NCBI GenBank assembly: GCA_964516745.1
Contig: CAZEYD010000001.1
Coordinates: 17,234-81,233 of the forward strand
Direction of reading: 5' to 3'
Source: Candidatus Woesearchaeota archaeon
GTDB lineage: Archaea; Nanobdellota; Nanobdellia; Pacearchaeales; GW2011-AR1
Length of the DNA: 64,000 bases
Numbering within the stretch: the first letter of the stretch is position 1; each line of letters opens with the position of its first letter. This document shows, one piece after another, positions 10,134-21,917 of the stretch. The position numbers and the translations under genes were made by a program. The notes beneath the pieces are model-generated. The model had not been told where the DNA came from, did no database searches, and saw only the letters and a program-made list of their open reading frames with translations.

Positions 10134-11330
10134 ATGAAAAGTAAAATAGATCCAGTTTCTGCAAAATTTAAAGTATTATCAAAAGACTTTATTGTAGAAG
10201 AAATGACGCGAGACGAACAAATCTGTAAAATATCTGATAATTGGGAAACAGAAACCAAATTGGAAAACATTGATTTAGAAAATAAGAAAGATTTTTTATG
10301 GTGCCAATTTGAAAAAAAAGACATAGACCAATTCAGAAGTTTAAGAGAATTCTCCTCACAATTAAATACAGGAATTGACGCAATAGGATTTGCAGGAACA
10401 AAAGATAAAAAAGCATGGACCTGTCAAAGAATTTCCATATTCAAACCAAATATTGACTTAATAAAAACATTCCAACACGACAATATACACATAAAAAATT
10501 TCAGATGGAATAAAAGAAAAATAAAAATGGGATATCTGGATGGAAATAGATTCACAATAATTCTAAGAGATATAGACAGAAAAGACGCCATGAAGATTAC
10601 GAATCAAATCAAGAGAACGAAAGAATTTCCTAATTATTTTGGGAAACAAAGATTTGGAAGTGTAAGAGGAAATAATGATAAAATCGGAAAATTAATAATA
10701 AAAAGGAAATTCAAAGAGGCTATTTTTGCAATATTGACAGATACCAGTAACAAAGAGCGAAAAGAAGTAATAGAAGCTAGGGAAAAATTAACAAATGAAA
10801 AAGATTTCAAAAAAGCATTAAATTATTTCCCGCCGTTCTTAAGATTTGAACGAAATATTTTAATGCACTTAGCACAAAACAGAAATGATCATATTGGAGC
10901 ACTAAAACGAACAGACAGAAAACAAGTTTTAATGTTTGTTCATGCAGTTCAAAGTAGATTATTCAATGATATCTTAGAAAACTCATTAGCAGAAGGAATT
11001 GATTTTAGTATAGAGGGACAGAAAAAAATCCCACTAATCGGATATAAGACCAGATTCGATCCAGAAGAGTTGGGAGAAATAGAAAAAGAAATATTAGCAA
11101 AATATAATATAAACACAAATGATTTTGATGTAAAAGAAATTCCATTTTTACGGATAAAGGGACAATTAAGAAATGCCCTAATAGAAGTAAAAAATCTCAC
11201 AATGGAAACAGAAGATGACGAATTATATGAAAACACTAAAAAAATCACATTAAAATTTGATTTACCAAGCGGAGTTTACGCAACAACGTTCTTAGAGAAC
11301 TTCTTTATTTTGGAAGAAGTTAGAAATTAA
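10134..11330 (+). CDS. truD: tRNA pseudouridine(13) synthase TruD
   Basis: GFAGTKDKKA catalytic motif, GNRFTIILR, PNYFGKQRFG, FDLPSGVYAT. Confidence 0.95.
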   Translation: MKSKIDPVSAKFKVLSKDFIVEEMTRDEQICKISDNWETETKLENIDLENKKDFLWCQFEKKDIDQFRSLREFSSQLNTGIDAIGFAGTKDKKAWTCQRISIFKPNIDLIKTFQHDNIHIKNFRWNKRKIKMGYLDGNRFTIILRDIDRKDAMKITNQIKRTKEFPNYFGKQRFGSVRGNNDKIGKLIIKRKFKEAIFAILTDTSNKERKEVIEAREKLTNEKDFKKALNYFPPFLRFERNILMHLAQNRNDHIGALKRTDRKQVLMFVHAVQSRLFNDILENSLAEGIDFSIEGQKKIPLIGYKTRFDPEELGEIEKEILAKYNINTNDFDVKEIPFLRIKGQLRNALIEVKNLTMETEDDELYENTKKITLKFDLPSGVYATTFLENFFILEEVRN

Positions 11331-11335
11331 AACTC

Positions 11336-14300
11336 TCAATATCTACCAACGATTTTCTTGAATCCATTTTTAAATAAAGGATAATTTACTAAAATTCCAA
11401 ATATCGAAAAAATAAATAATAAGACAATAAAAAATCGCGTTTTAGAAACTCCTTTAAGAATATTTGAAGAAATATCTGTTCCAATAATCGCATTATCAAC
11501 GACTTCTACATCATCCGAAACATCATCATCTCCATTAACATTACTATTCGACAAATCTTCCTGGCTAACAACTGATTCATTAATTTCTTTAATAAACAAT
11601 TCAACCTTTCCATACCTATTCAAACTCAACACCTTAACATAAATATCGTAATATCCATCCAGATCTAAATCTTTCTTAACAAATTGATTAATCCCTAACA
11701 AATAATAAGTTGGTATAGATTCTATACTTAGGTTAACTTTACCCTCTTCACTAGATTTATAATTTTTAATCAAATGTTTCTCTGAATTATATTTAAAATT
11801 AAAACTACTTCCAACAGTCAATGTTCTATCAACTCCTTCACTAGTCAAGACAGAATAAGTGATACCACCACCTCCTCCACCACCAGAAGAAGAAACAACA
11901 GGAGTGTCTACAACAGGATTATCTACAACAGGAGCAGTAGCTCCCAGAAGATTTAGTGGAAAATAATCAGTATTATTTGTTGTTAAATTATAAGCAACAT
12001 CACAAACTCCAGTTCCATTAGAATCAACACACGACACAGAATATCCAGAACCACCTAAATCATACCAATAATTACCTCTAGAAGAAGAATTCCATTGGTT
12101 GGTCAGATTGTCTTCAGAAACAAATAAGTTTATGGATTTAATGATATTTTCATAAAGTAAATTATTATAAGATCCATTAAAATAAATAGCAATACCAGAA
12201 GAAGAATTGTTAGAAGTGAAATTGTTAAAAGTGAAATTATTTCCAACAGCATCTTGACCATACAAAGCAGAAGCATTCTCCATGAAGACAAATATATTAT
12301 TATAAACAAACGAGTTCACAGAACCAGATATGTTAATACCGGAAGAAGACATATTATAAATTGTATTATTTCGTATTGTGTTATTGTCGGAAAATAATTT
12401 TATACCAGTTGAAGAATTACTCAAAGTGTTAGAAGTTAATATATTATTTGTAGTAGTATCCCCGATAGCTATACAAGAATGAGACATTGTTGATATTATA
12501 TTATTAGATATTGTACTATTCAACGAAATAAACAAAGATATGCCGGTAGAAGTATCACTCAAAGTATTGAGAGTCAGTATATTATTATCACCATCAATAA
12601 CGATACCAGAAGCAGACATGTTAAAAATTATATTACTAGATATTATACTATTATCAGAATACAATCTTATACCAACTATAGAATTATTCAAAGTGTTATA
12701 AGTAAAAGTATTGTTAACACCATAAGTAACGATACCAGAATTAGACATATCATAAATTGTATTACTATTAATAGTATTATTTGAAGAGGAAATATTCAGA
12801 CCAACAAACGACATATTCAATATATTATTTTTGAAAAGATTATTAGAACCAACCATAACAACTGAAACATCAGAATTATTAAATACAGTATTATAATTTA
12901 TTGTATTATTATCAGATAAAATATTAAATCCTATTGAAGAATTACTTAAACGATTATAAATAAATTCGTTATCGGGACCAGAAACATTTATGGATGTACT
13001 TAATATATTATATATATCGTTTTCATGTAATCTATTATTTGAAGATCCAATGTTTACACCAACACTAGAATTATACACATTATTAGAAAACATATCATTA
13101 GAAGATCCTAGAATATTGATTCCTAAAGAAGACATTCCATAGATAGTATTAAAATTTATTGTATTATCATCAGATAAAATATTAAATCCCATTAGAGAAT
13201 TACTTAAACGATTATGTTCAAACGAATTATAAGAGCCTGAAACATTTATACAAGTTCCAGATATACTTGTGCAATTATTATAATCAAAAACACTATCATT
13301 AGAAAGAATTGTAACACCTATACTAGAATTGTAAAAATTATTAGAAGAGATATTATTAGAAGAAGAATTAACCCAAATAGTAAATGAAGAAATATTGTAA
13401 AAATCGTTATCAGTAATAAGACTATCATCGCCAGAAACGTTTATTCCGACTGAAGAAATATTGTAAAACACATTACTATCAACACTATTATTATCTCCTA
13501 TTCCAATTACCATACCATCATTGGTATAATTTAAAACATTATTAGAAAATATATTATTAGAACCTAAAACGTTAACACCAACAGAAGAGATATTAGAAAA
13601 TATATTATTAGAAAACACATTATTATCAGAACCTGTAACAACAGATATACCAATAAAAGAATTATCCAAAGTATTATTTGAAAAAGTATTACTATCACCA
13701 CTGACATTTATACCAACAACAGACATATTATAAATAATATTATTACTAAAGACACTATCATTTGAATATTCACCAACAAAAAGACCAACCAAAGAATCGC
13801 TAAAATTATTATTTGAAAAAGTATTATTATCATCACTAACATTAATACCAACAACAGACATGTTGAAAATAACATTGCTATCAATAATATTATTTAAAGA
13901 TCCAAGATCAAAATAAACTCCAATTAAAGAATCATTCAAAATATTAGAAGATAAAATATTATTAGATTCTGAAACATTAATACCAACCAAAGACATATTA
14001 TAAATAATATTGTTACTAACAATATTGTTCTCTGAGAACACGTTAATTCCGATAGAAGAATTGCTCAAATTATTAGCAGAAATTGTATTATTGTTTCCCT
14101 CAATACTAACAGCATAATTTGATATATTATATAGGTAATTATTACTAATAATATTGTCAGAAGATTCCGAACCCAAATAGAAACCATCTCCAGAATCATT
14201 TAAAATATTAGAAGATATATTATTATTAGAGGCGCTCATATAAATTCCAAAAGATGATATCTCTGATATAACATTCGAATTTATTATATTATTGTTAGAA

Positions 14301-17300
14301 TTAGTATTCAAATAGAAACCAACATTAGAAACACTTATATTGTTACTCGAGAAAGTATTATTATTAGAATTCGTAACGTTAATACCAGTAAAAGACATAT
14401 TGAAAATAATATTTTCTGTTATTAAGTTATCAATGGAAGTACTGTTTATATCAAAAGCAATTTTGGAATCATTTAAAATATTATTTGAAAAAGTATTATT
14501 TTCTGCAGAAACGATTTTAATACTAGAATCATACATATTATAAAGAATATTGTTATCAATTAAATTATTATTATCGTAAACAAAAAATCCAACACTTGAA
14601 TTACTCAAATTATTATATGAGAACGAATTGTTCTCTCCATAAACATTAATAGCAGAAAAAGATATATTATAAATCAAATTATAGTGAATAACACTATTGT
14701 ATGCATTTATCCCTAGCTCAATACCTATGAAAGAATTACTTATATTGTTATCTCTAAACGTACTCTCTCTTCCAAATACTTTAACAGCATAATTAGACAT
14801 CCCAGAAATTACATTCGAATTTATTATATTATGATGAGAGGCTACATGATCTAACATCAATCCATATTTTGAATCGTTCAAAATATTATTAGAAAATGTA
14901 TTATTATAACCAAAAACTTTAACAGCATAATTTGACATATTTGTAATTATATTATTATCGGCAATATTATTGAATGAGATGCTCTTTAAATAAATACCAG
15001 AATAAGAATCACTAAAATTATTATATGAAAAAGTACTATTATGACCAGACATATTAACACCAGAAATAGAAATCCTGGAAAAGATATTTGAATCGACTGT
15101 ATTGTTATATGAAAAAGAATTCAATACAATACCCATCGCTGAATCTGTTAAGGTATTATTAGAGAAAGTGCTATTATAACCAGAAATAGAAAAGCCAGAA
15201 GAAGACATATTGAAGATTGTATTATTATCAATCATATTATTATAAGAAGCATTATCAAAAGATATACCAATTACTGAATCTGTTAAATTATTATTCGAAA
15301 AAGTATTGTTATATCCAGAAACATTAATACCGTAAACGTCCATATAAAAAATATCATTATTATTTACAATATTGTTAGAAGAGTCAGAATTAAAGAATAT
15401 ACCAATCCACGACTCACTTAAATTATTATAAGAAATATTATTCCCTGAACCAAAAATTTCAATCCCCGGGGCAGTCATATTAAATATTATATTATCTTCA
15501 ATCGTATTATTATACCCTTCCAAGAAAATTCCATATTTAGAACTAGATAAACTTATATTTTCAATTACTGAATTATTAACATTAAAAAGAAAAATTGGGT
15601 AATTCAATATATGCCCTTCAACATTTACATTGTCACTATTTCTTAAAATTAGAAATCCTAAATTCGAAACCGTCACGGGATCATAATCATGATTAGAATT
15701 AAATTCATCGAAATAAATAAGTTTTCCACTACTAAGATTATTTACACCAGAAATATCAATACTACGAAAAACATCTATACTATCATAATCTAAATCTAAA
15801 TCGTTATTAGAAAATGTAGTATTAATTAAAGTCAAATTATCACTGCCTGACAAATATAAACCAATTGAAGAATTACTTAAAATATTATCATTAAAGATAC
15901 TTTCATTTCCAGAAACATTTATACCAACATCAGACATATTGTTAACTATATTATTTGAAAAAGTATTGTTATTAGAAAGAACAGAAACTCCAATAGAAGA
16001 ATTATCTAAAATATTATTATTAACAGAATTATTAATACCAGAAATATTCATCACAATAGAGAATGTATCATAAAAGTTATTTAAATCAATCAAATTATTT
16101 TCAGAGATTATTTTCAATCCAATTCCAGATTTATTAAAAACATTACTTGAAATATTATTAGAATCACCACTAATATAAATTGAAATTCCATTAGAATCTA
16201 AAATATTATTATTTATTGAATTTGAAACATTTTGAATTGAAATCCCAACTGTAGAATCACTGATATTATTATAATATACGGTATTGTTTGTATCATTAAC
16301 TACTATCCCATAACCAGACATATTAGAAATAACATTACTATCAATTGTATTATTTATCGCTCCTATATCAAAATAAAATCCGAGTACAGAATCATTCAAA
16401 GTATTACTCAAAAAAGTATTATTTTCTCCTGAAACCCTAATTCCAGAATCCGAAATATCGAAAATAACATTACTATCTACTTTGTTATTATCAGATGAAA
16501 GAATTATCCCATTTCCAGAATCATTCAATATGTTAGAATATAAAAAGTTATTAAAAAATTCCGGAATTGAATAAATGTAGGCGCTTCCACTCGCACTTCC
16601 AAGATCATCATCACCATAAGAACCAACAACCAAACTATCGCCATCTATACTAACACTACCGCCAAAAGAATCACTAACATTCCCATCACTGGCAACTAAT
16701 TTTTGAACTTCATTCCAACTACCACTACCATTACGCTCAAAAACATAAGAACTACCCTGATTCATATTCCCACCAATATCATCACCCATAGCTCCAATTA
16801 TTAAATTATCACCATCTATACCAACATTATAACCAAAATAATCACTTGTATTACCATCACTGGCAGTTAATTTCTGAACTTCATTCCAACTATCGCTAGA
16901 ATTACGCTTAAAGATATAAGAACTACCCTGACTAGCATTTACACCAATGTCTTCCCCCTTAGCTCCGACGATTAAATAATTGCCATCTAGACTAACACTA
17001 AAACCAAAATAATCATTTGCAACAAGATCAACATTAGTTACATTTTGAATTGAATTCCAAGAACCACTAAAATTACGTTCGTAAATATTAATTGTTCCGT
17101 TATCAGCATGTGCTTGTATCGCTAAATAGTTACCATCCAGACTTATTGTTCTAGCTGGAAGATTTCCATCGTAATTAAATGGATAATCTATCACTTGAGT
17201 TTGATTCCAAAAACCACTAGAATTACGTTCGTAAATGTAGATATCAGATTCTGCCCTTGGAATAAATTCAATAGCATAATCATCATAATCCACAACAGCC

Positions 17301-20300
17301 AGATAATCTCCACTCACATCAACATTACTACCAAATCCTTCATTCCCAATTATTTTTTGAGCTTGATTCCAAAAACCACTAGAATTACGTTCGTAAATAT
17401 AAATACTATCATTAGATTTCGCACCAATTACAATATAATCATTGCTAATATCAACACTTTTACCAAAATAAGCGTTAATTGGATTATCACTAGCTGTTAT
17501 ATTTTGAATTTCATTCCATCTATTTTCCTCATCTTTTTCAAAGATATAAACACCAGCATTTGGAGCATTATTCCCAACAACTAAATAGTTACCATCTAAA
17601 CTAACATCATAACCAAAATAATCAGTAACATCACCATCACTCGCCGTAAGCTTTTGACTCTCATTAAAATCCTCGTCAGGAGCATAATTTAAAAGAAAAA
17701 AATCATCTTCTGAGAAATAAATACTAGAATTCGAAATGTTAAAAATTCTGTTATTATTAACGACATTTCTAGAAGAGTTATAATTAAAATACAAACCATA
17801 ATCAGAACCATTAATAATATTATAAGAAATTGTATTATTTACTCCAGAAATATAAACACTATAATTTAACACATTCGAAATATTGTTATTATTTATAACA
17901 TTATTAGAAGAATCCACATCAGCATCTATTCCATAAAAAGACATATTAGATATCACATTATTAGACATAGTATTATTATTTGAATCCTCTAAGATAACAC
18001 CTTCTTCTGTATTAGATAGACTCACATTATTAATAATTGAATTACTAACGTTAATAAAAATTATTGGCAAATTCAATTCAAAATCTTCAACATTAACACT
18101 ATCACTATTTCTCAAAATCAAAAATCCTAAATCTTCTGCACTAGTTAGATTGTAAACATAACTTACGGCTGAATCGTTAAAATATATTTTCTTTGCACTG
18201 CTCAATATGTTTTCCCCACTAATATTAATAGAACGAAAAACATTTATCGTATCATAATCTAAATCTAAATCATTATTATTAGAAAAAGTATTATTAATTA
18301 GTGTTATATTTTCACTCGCAATTAAATAAAGACCTACAGTTGAATCATTAATAATACTATTTGAAAGAGTATTATTATGAGAATAATTAAAAACAACTCC
18401 AGAAGAAGACATGTTAGAGATTAAACCATTGTCAATTGTATTATTAAAAGACTCACTCATAAAATAAAATCCATATTTAGAATTAGTTAAATTATTATAA
18501 GAAAAGATGTTATCATCACCACTAATATTAACAGAAATATTTTCAGAATTAGAAACCACATTATGGTCAAAAATATTATCATCAGCTAAAGAAGTAATGT
18601 GAACACCAAAAGAAACATCTTCCAAATTATTATAAGAGAATGTATTATAATCACTAGCAACATAAAAACCATAAGAATACATGTCAGAGATATTATTATA
18701 ATCAAAAAGACTATTATTAGAAAAAGAGCTAATATAAAAACCATAACCAGAATTGCTTAAAGCATTATCAGTAAAGTTATTATTATCACCAGAGACATAA
18801 AAACTAGAATCAGAATTACTTAAAATATTATCAGTCAAATTATTATCATCACCAATAATATAAAAACCATAATTAGACATATTAAAAATATTATTATTCC
18901 TAAATATACTTCCATTGCTAGTAATATAAAAGCCAGAGACAGAATTGTTTAAAGCATTATCAATAAAATTATTATCATTACCAGAAATAGTAAAACCATA
19001 ATTAGATATATTAAAAATATTATTATTTTCAATAGAATTTCCATTACCAGAAACAGAAAAAGCATAATGAGACATATCGGAAATATTGTTATCTGTAAAA
19101 TTGCCATTATTGGAAACTGCAGCAATATAAAAACCATACTCAGAATTGTTTAAAGTATTATCAGTAAAGTTATTATAATCACCATAAACATAAAAACTAT
19201 AAGAAGACATATCGGAAATGTTGTTAGAATCAAACCTATTTTCATCACCAGAAATAGTAAAACCATAATCAGAATTATTTAAAGTATTATTTGAAAAAGT
19301 ATTATTTGAACTAGAAACATTAATTCCGACAGAAGACATATCAAAAATTGTATTATCATTTATGGTATTATCAACAGATCCTAACCCGAAATAAAGACCA
19401 ATAGAGGCATTCTCTAAACTATTATTAAACAAAGTATTGTTACTAGAGTTAGTGATACCAATAGCATAATCAGATATATCAGAAATTGTATTGTTAATTA
19501 TAGTATTATTAGTAGAATTTTCATCAAAATCAAATCCAGTAGCTGAGTTTGTCAAATTATTATTAGAAAAAATATTATTAGAACCATTTACATTAACGCT
19601 ATAAAAAGAAATATTAAAGAATAAATTATTATTTATTGTATTATCATCTCCTTCTAAAATAAATCCGTCATTAGATTCAATTATACTCATATCACTAAAG
19701 TTCGAACTACTAACATTAAATAAAACAATCGGATAATGCAATACATAACTTTCCCTGACAGTTATATTAAAAGCATTTCTCAAAATCAAAAATCCCAAAT
19801 CAACTGCACTCCTAGAATTATATGTATAATTAGACATTGAATCATTAAAATATATTTTTGTACCATCACCTAAAACATTGATTCCAGTAATATTAATTGT
19901 ACGAAAACTGTTCACATTACTATAATTTATATCCAAAGTATTATCAGAAAAAACAATATCAGATAAAGTTAAGTTATCACAATCAAACAAATAAAGGCCA
20001 ACAGATGAACTAGAAAATCTATCATTAGAAAAATTATTAGTATCACCTGAAACAAAAACTCCATTCGAAAATAAGTTAGACAAAGTGTTATTGTCCCCGC
20101 TAACATTAATTCCATAAGAGGACATACTAGAAATTGTATTATCGTCTATTATATTGTTGTCAGACGATATAATAATCCCCATAACAGAATCATTCAAAAA
20201 GTTATCAGACAATGTGTTATTATCTACCGATATATTAATAGAAAAATTAGACATATTCAAAATTCTGTTCCCAGATATAATATTATTCGCAGAAGCTAAA

Positions 20301-21805
20301 TTTATTCCTCCTAAAGATATGCTTAAATTATTATAAGAAAATGTATTATTAGAAACATAAACATCAACACTATAAGAAGACATATTTGAAATCACATTAT
20401 TGGATATGGTATTATTAGACGAATTAACAATAATTCCTTTCACAAAATCATTCAAAGTATTATTTGATAGGGTATTCCCCCATTCAATCAATCGTATACC
20501 ATAAGAAGATGTATTAAATATTATATTATTAGAAACAATATTCGCAATACTTTCAAGATATATGCCGCCAGAAATCATATTAGAGATTGTATTGTTAGAG
20601 ATTGTATTGTTGTAAGAAATTTTATCTTGCCAAAACATTGGTATTACTTTTTCAATAAAAACACCATAATCAGAATTCTCGAAAACATTATTAATAATTC
20701 TAGTATTATTATTTTCACCATAAGAATAAAATCCATAAGAAGACATATTAGAAATTGTATTATTATTAATCACATTACCTAAAGAGATATTTTCTAACTT
20801 AAAACCAATACTAGTATTACTCAAAAAATTATTAGAAAAAGTATTATTATCCCCATTATACGCTAAAATACCATAAGAGGACATATTTGAAATTATATTG
20901 TTATCAATCAAATTTATATTAGAATACACATCAAAACCAATCTCCGAATTACTTACATTATTTAATGAAAAATTATTATCATCATCATTAACCCGTATTC
21001 CAAAAGAAGAAACATTATCAAAAATATTACTAGTAATCACATTCTCAGAACCAGAGACATTCATACCATAAGAGAACATATTTAAGAAAATATTTTCGTT
21101 AACAGTATTATTTGAAGAAAAAGAACTAAACGAAAAAGCAGAACCCAAATTCATTAAAGTATTATTAAAAAATCTATTATTAGAACCAGAAACATTAATC
21201 CCGAGAAAAGTTATATCAACAATTGTATTATTTTTCACGATATTATCAAATGAACTAGCACCAAACAAGAATCCATTTTCAGAATCACTCAAACGATTAT
21301 TAAAGAAAGTGTTATTAGAACCAGAAACATTAACAAAAAGCGATGACATATTTTCAATACTAACATTCTCTATAGTATTATTTCTAGCCTCAGATTCAAA
21401 AGAAATACCAACACTAGAATCATTCAAAGAAACATCAGAAATATAGCTATTAGAACCTGAAAGTTTTATAGCAGTTTCAAATCCACTTATAGAAAGATTA
21501 TATATTATCGTATCATTATAACCATTTGTATCAATTCCTATGATTATTCCCGTTGAATTTATTAAAGTTCCATTTCCATTAATTCTCACATTATTAGCTT
21601 CGACAATAAGGCAAGCGCTCATCTCCGATCCAGTAAAAACGAAATCTTTATTAATAATATAATCCGAGTCAGATCGATTCAAATATGCACAACCATCAAC
21701 TTCTGTTAGAGCAGAAACTACTGGAATTAAAAAAGACATTAAAACAAAAGACATCGTCACTAAAACAAATAATAACCTCCCCTTTTCCATCCTAAAATAA
21801 ATCAT
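11336..21805 (-). CDS. Giant (3489 aa) surface protein: parallel beta-helix (NosD/CASH-like) repeats, FG-GAP propeller insert, C-terminal TM anchor
   Basis: Signal peptide; many Asn/Ser/Ile-rich NNTxSNN repeats; QKLTASDG..DYFG..V..DG repeats at about 16560-17680; poly-Gly linker and C-terminal hydrophobic helix. Confidence 0.9.
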   Translation of the reverse strand: MIYFRMEKGRLLFVLVTMSFVLMSFLIPVVSALTEVDGCAYLNRSDSDYIINKDFVFTGSEMSACLIVEANNVRINGNGTLINSTGIIIGIDTNGYNDTIIYNLSISGFETAIKLSGSNSYISDVSLNDSSVGISFESEARNNTIENVSIENMSSLFVNVSGSNNTFFNNRLSDSENGFLFGASSFDNIVKNNTIVDITFLGINVSGSNNRFFNNTLMNLGSAFSFSSFSSNNTVNENIFLNMFSYGMNVSGSENVITSNIFDNVSSFGIRVNDDDNNFSLNNVSNSEIGFDVYSNINLIDNNIISNMSSYGILAYNGDNNTFSNNFLSNTSIGFKLENISLGNVINNNTISNMSSYGFYSYGENNNTRIINNVFENSDYGVFIEKVIPMFWQDKISYNNTISNNTISNMISGGIYLESIANIVSNNIIFNTSSYGIRLIEWGNTLSNNTLNDFVKGIIVNSSNNTISNNVISNMSSYSVDVYVSNNTFSYNNLSISLGGINLASANNIISGNRILNMSNFSINISVDNNTLSDNFLNDSVMGIIISSDNNIIDDNTISSMSSYGINVSGDNNTLSNLFSNGVFVSGDTNNFSNDRFSSSSVGLYLFDCDNLTLSDIVFSDNTLDINYSNVNSFRTINITGINVLGDGTKIYFNDSMSNYTYNSRSAVDLGFLILRNAFNITVRESYVLHYPIVLFNVSSSNFSDMSIIESNDGFILEGDDNTINNNLFFNISFYSVNVNGSNNIFSNNNLTNSATGFDFDENSTNNTIINNTISDISDYAIGITNSSNNTLFNNSLENASIGLYFGLGSVDNTINDNTIFDMSSVGINVSSSNNTFSNNTLNNSDYGFTISGDENRFDSNNISDMSSYSFYVYGDYNNFTDNTLNNSEYGFYIAAVSNNGNFTDNNISDMSHYAFSVSGNGNSIENNNIFNISNYGFTISGNDNNFIDNALNNSVSGFYITSNGSIFRNNNIFNMSNYGFYIIGDDNNLTDNILSNSDSSFYVSGDNNNFTDNALSNSGYGFYISSFSNNSLFDYNNISDMYSYGFYVASDYNTFSYNNLEDVSFGVHITSLADDNIFDHNVVSNSENISVNISGDDNIFSYNNLTNSKYGFYFMSESFNNTIDNGLISNMSSSGVVFNYSHNNTLSNSIINDSTVGLYLIASENITLINNTFSNNNDLDLDYDTINVFRSINISGENILSSAKKIYFNDSAVSYVYNLTSAEDLGFLILRNSDSVNVEDFELNLPIIFINVSNSIINNVSLSNTEEGVILEDSNNNTMSNNVISNMSFYGIDADVDSSNNVINNNNISNVLNYSVYISGVNNTISYNIINGSDYGLYFNYNSSRNVVNNNRIFNISNSSIYFSEDDFFLLNYAPDEDFNESQKLTASDGDVTDYFGYDVSLDGNYLVVGNNAPNAGVYIFEKDEENRWNEIQNITASDNPINAYFGKSVDISNDYIVIGAKSNDSIYIYERNSSGFWNQAQKIIGNEGFGSNVDVSGDYLAVVDYDDYAIEFIPRAESDIYIYERNSSGFWNQTQVIDYPFNYDGNLPARTISLDGNYLAIQAHADNGTINIYERNFSGSWNSIQNVTNVDLVANDYFGFSVSLDGNYLIVGAKGEDIGVNASQGSSYIFKRNSSDSWNEVQKLTASDGNTSDYFGYNVGIDGDNLIIGAMGDDIGGNMNQGSSYVFERNGSGSWNEVQKLVASDGNVSDSFGGSVSIDGDSLVVGSYGDDDLGSASGSAYIYSIPEFFNNFLYSNILNDSGNGIILSSDNNKVDSNVIFDISDSGIRVSGENNTFLSNTLNDSVLGFYFDIGAINNTIDSNVISNMSGYGIVVNDTNNTVYYNNISDSTVGISIQNVSNSINNNILDSNGISIYISGDSNNISSNVFNKSGIGLKIISENNLIDLNNFYDTFSIVMNISGINNSVNNNILDNSSIGVSVLSNNNTFSNNIVNNMSDVGINVSGNESIFNDNILSNSSIGLYLSGSDNLTLINTTFSNNDLDLDYDSIDVFRSIDISGVNNLSSGKLIYFDEFNSNHDYDPVTVSNLGFLILRNSDNVNVEGHILNYPIFLFNVNNSVIENISLSSSKYGIFLEGYNNTIEDNIIFNMTAPGIEIFGSGNNISYNNLSESWIGIFFNSDSSNNIVNNNDIFYMDVYGINVSGYNNTFSNNNLTDSVIGISFDNASYNNMIDNNTIFNMSSSGFSISGYNSTFSNNTLTDSAMGIVLNSFSYNNTVDSNIFSRISISGVNMSGHNSTFSYNNFSDSYSGIYLKSISFNNIADNNIITNMSNYAVKVFGYNNTFSNNILNDSKYGLMLDHVASHHNIINSNVISGMSNYAVKVFGRESTFRDNNISNSFIGIELGINAYNSVIHYNLIYNISFSAINVYGENNSFSYNNLSNSSVGFFVYDNNNLIDNNILYNMYDSSIKIVSAENNTFSNNILNDSKIAFDINSTSIDNLITENIIFNMSFTGINVTNSNNNTFSSNNISVSNVGFYLNTNSNNNIINSNVISEISSFGIYMSASNNNISSNILNDSGDGFYLGSESSDNIISNNYLYNISNYAVSIEGNNNTISANNLSNSSIGINVFSENNIVSNNIIYNMSLVGINVSESNNILSSNILNDSLIGVYFDLGSLNNIIDSNVIFNMSVVGINVSDDNNTFSNNNFSDSLVGLFVGEYSNDSVFSNNIIYNMSVVGINVSGDSNTFSNNTLDNSFIGISVVTGSDNNVFSNNIFSNISSVGVNVLGSNNIFSNNVLNYTNDGMVIGIGDNNSVDSNVFYNISSVGINVSGDDSLITDNDFYNISSFTIWVNSSSNNISSNNFYNSSIGVTILSNDSVFDYNNCTSISGTCINVSGSYNSFEHNRLSNSLMGFNILSDDNTINFNTIYGMSSLGINILGSSNDMFSNNVYNSSVGVNIGSSNNRLHENDIYNILSTSINVSGPDNEFIYNRLSNSSIGFNILSDNNTINYNTVFNNSDVSVVMVGSNNLFKNNILNMSFVGLNISSSNNTINSNTIYDMSNSGIVTYGVNNTFTYNTLNNSIVGIRLYSDNSIISSNIIFNMSASGIVIDGDNNILTLNTLSDTSTGISLFISLNSTISNNIISTMSHSCIAIGDTTTNNILTSNTLSNSSTGIKLFSDNNTIRNNTIYNMSSSGINISGSVNSFVYNNIFVFMENASALYGQDAVGNNFTFNNFTSNNSSSGIAIYFNGSYNNLLYENIIKSINLFVSEDNLTNQWNSSSRGNYWYDLGGSGYSVSCVDSNGTGVCDVAYNLTTNNTDYFPLNLLGATAPVVDNPVVDTPVVSSSGGGGGGGITYSVLTSEGVDRTLTVGSSFNFKYNSEKHLIKNYKSSEEGKVNLSIESIPTYYLLGINQFVKKDLDLDGYYDIYVKVLSLNRYGKVELFIKEINESVVSQEDLSNSNVNGDDDVSDDVEVVDNAIIGTDISSNILKGVSKTRFFIVLLFIFSIFGILVNYPLFKNGFKKIVGRY

Positions 21806-21917
21806 TTGTTATTTATAAATATACCCACAAAATCAGCAATCACCCTCTATTATAACAAATATTATTCACAAATATCGTTATATTTTACAATATATTTATT
21901 ACCCCAGAGTAATCTTT

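Noticed and set aside
11336-21805. Diversity-generating retroelement target in the Asn-rich giant gene
   Set aside because: No reverse transcriptase and no near-identical TR/VR pair seen; Asn richness is explained by beta-helix repeats
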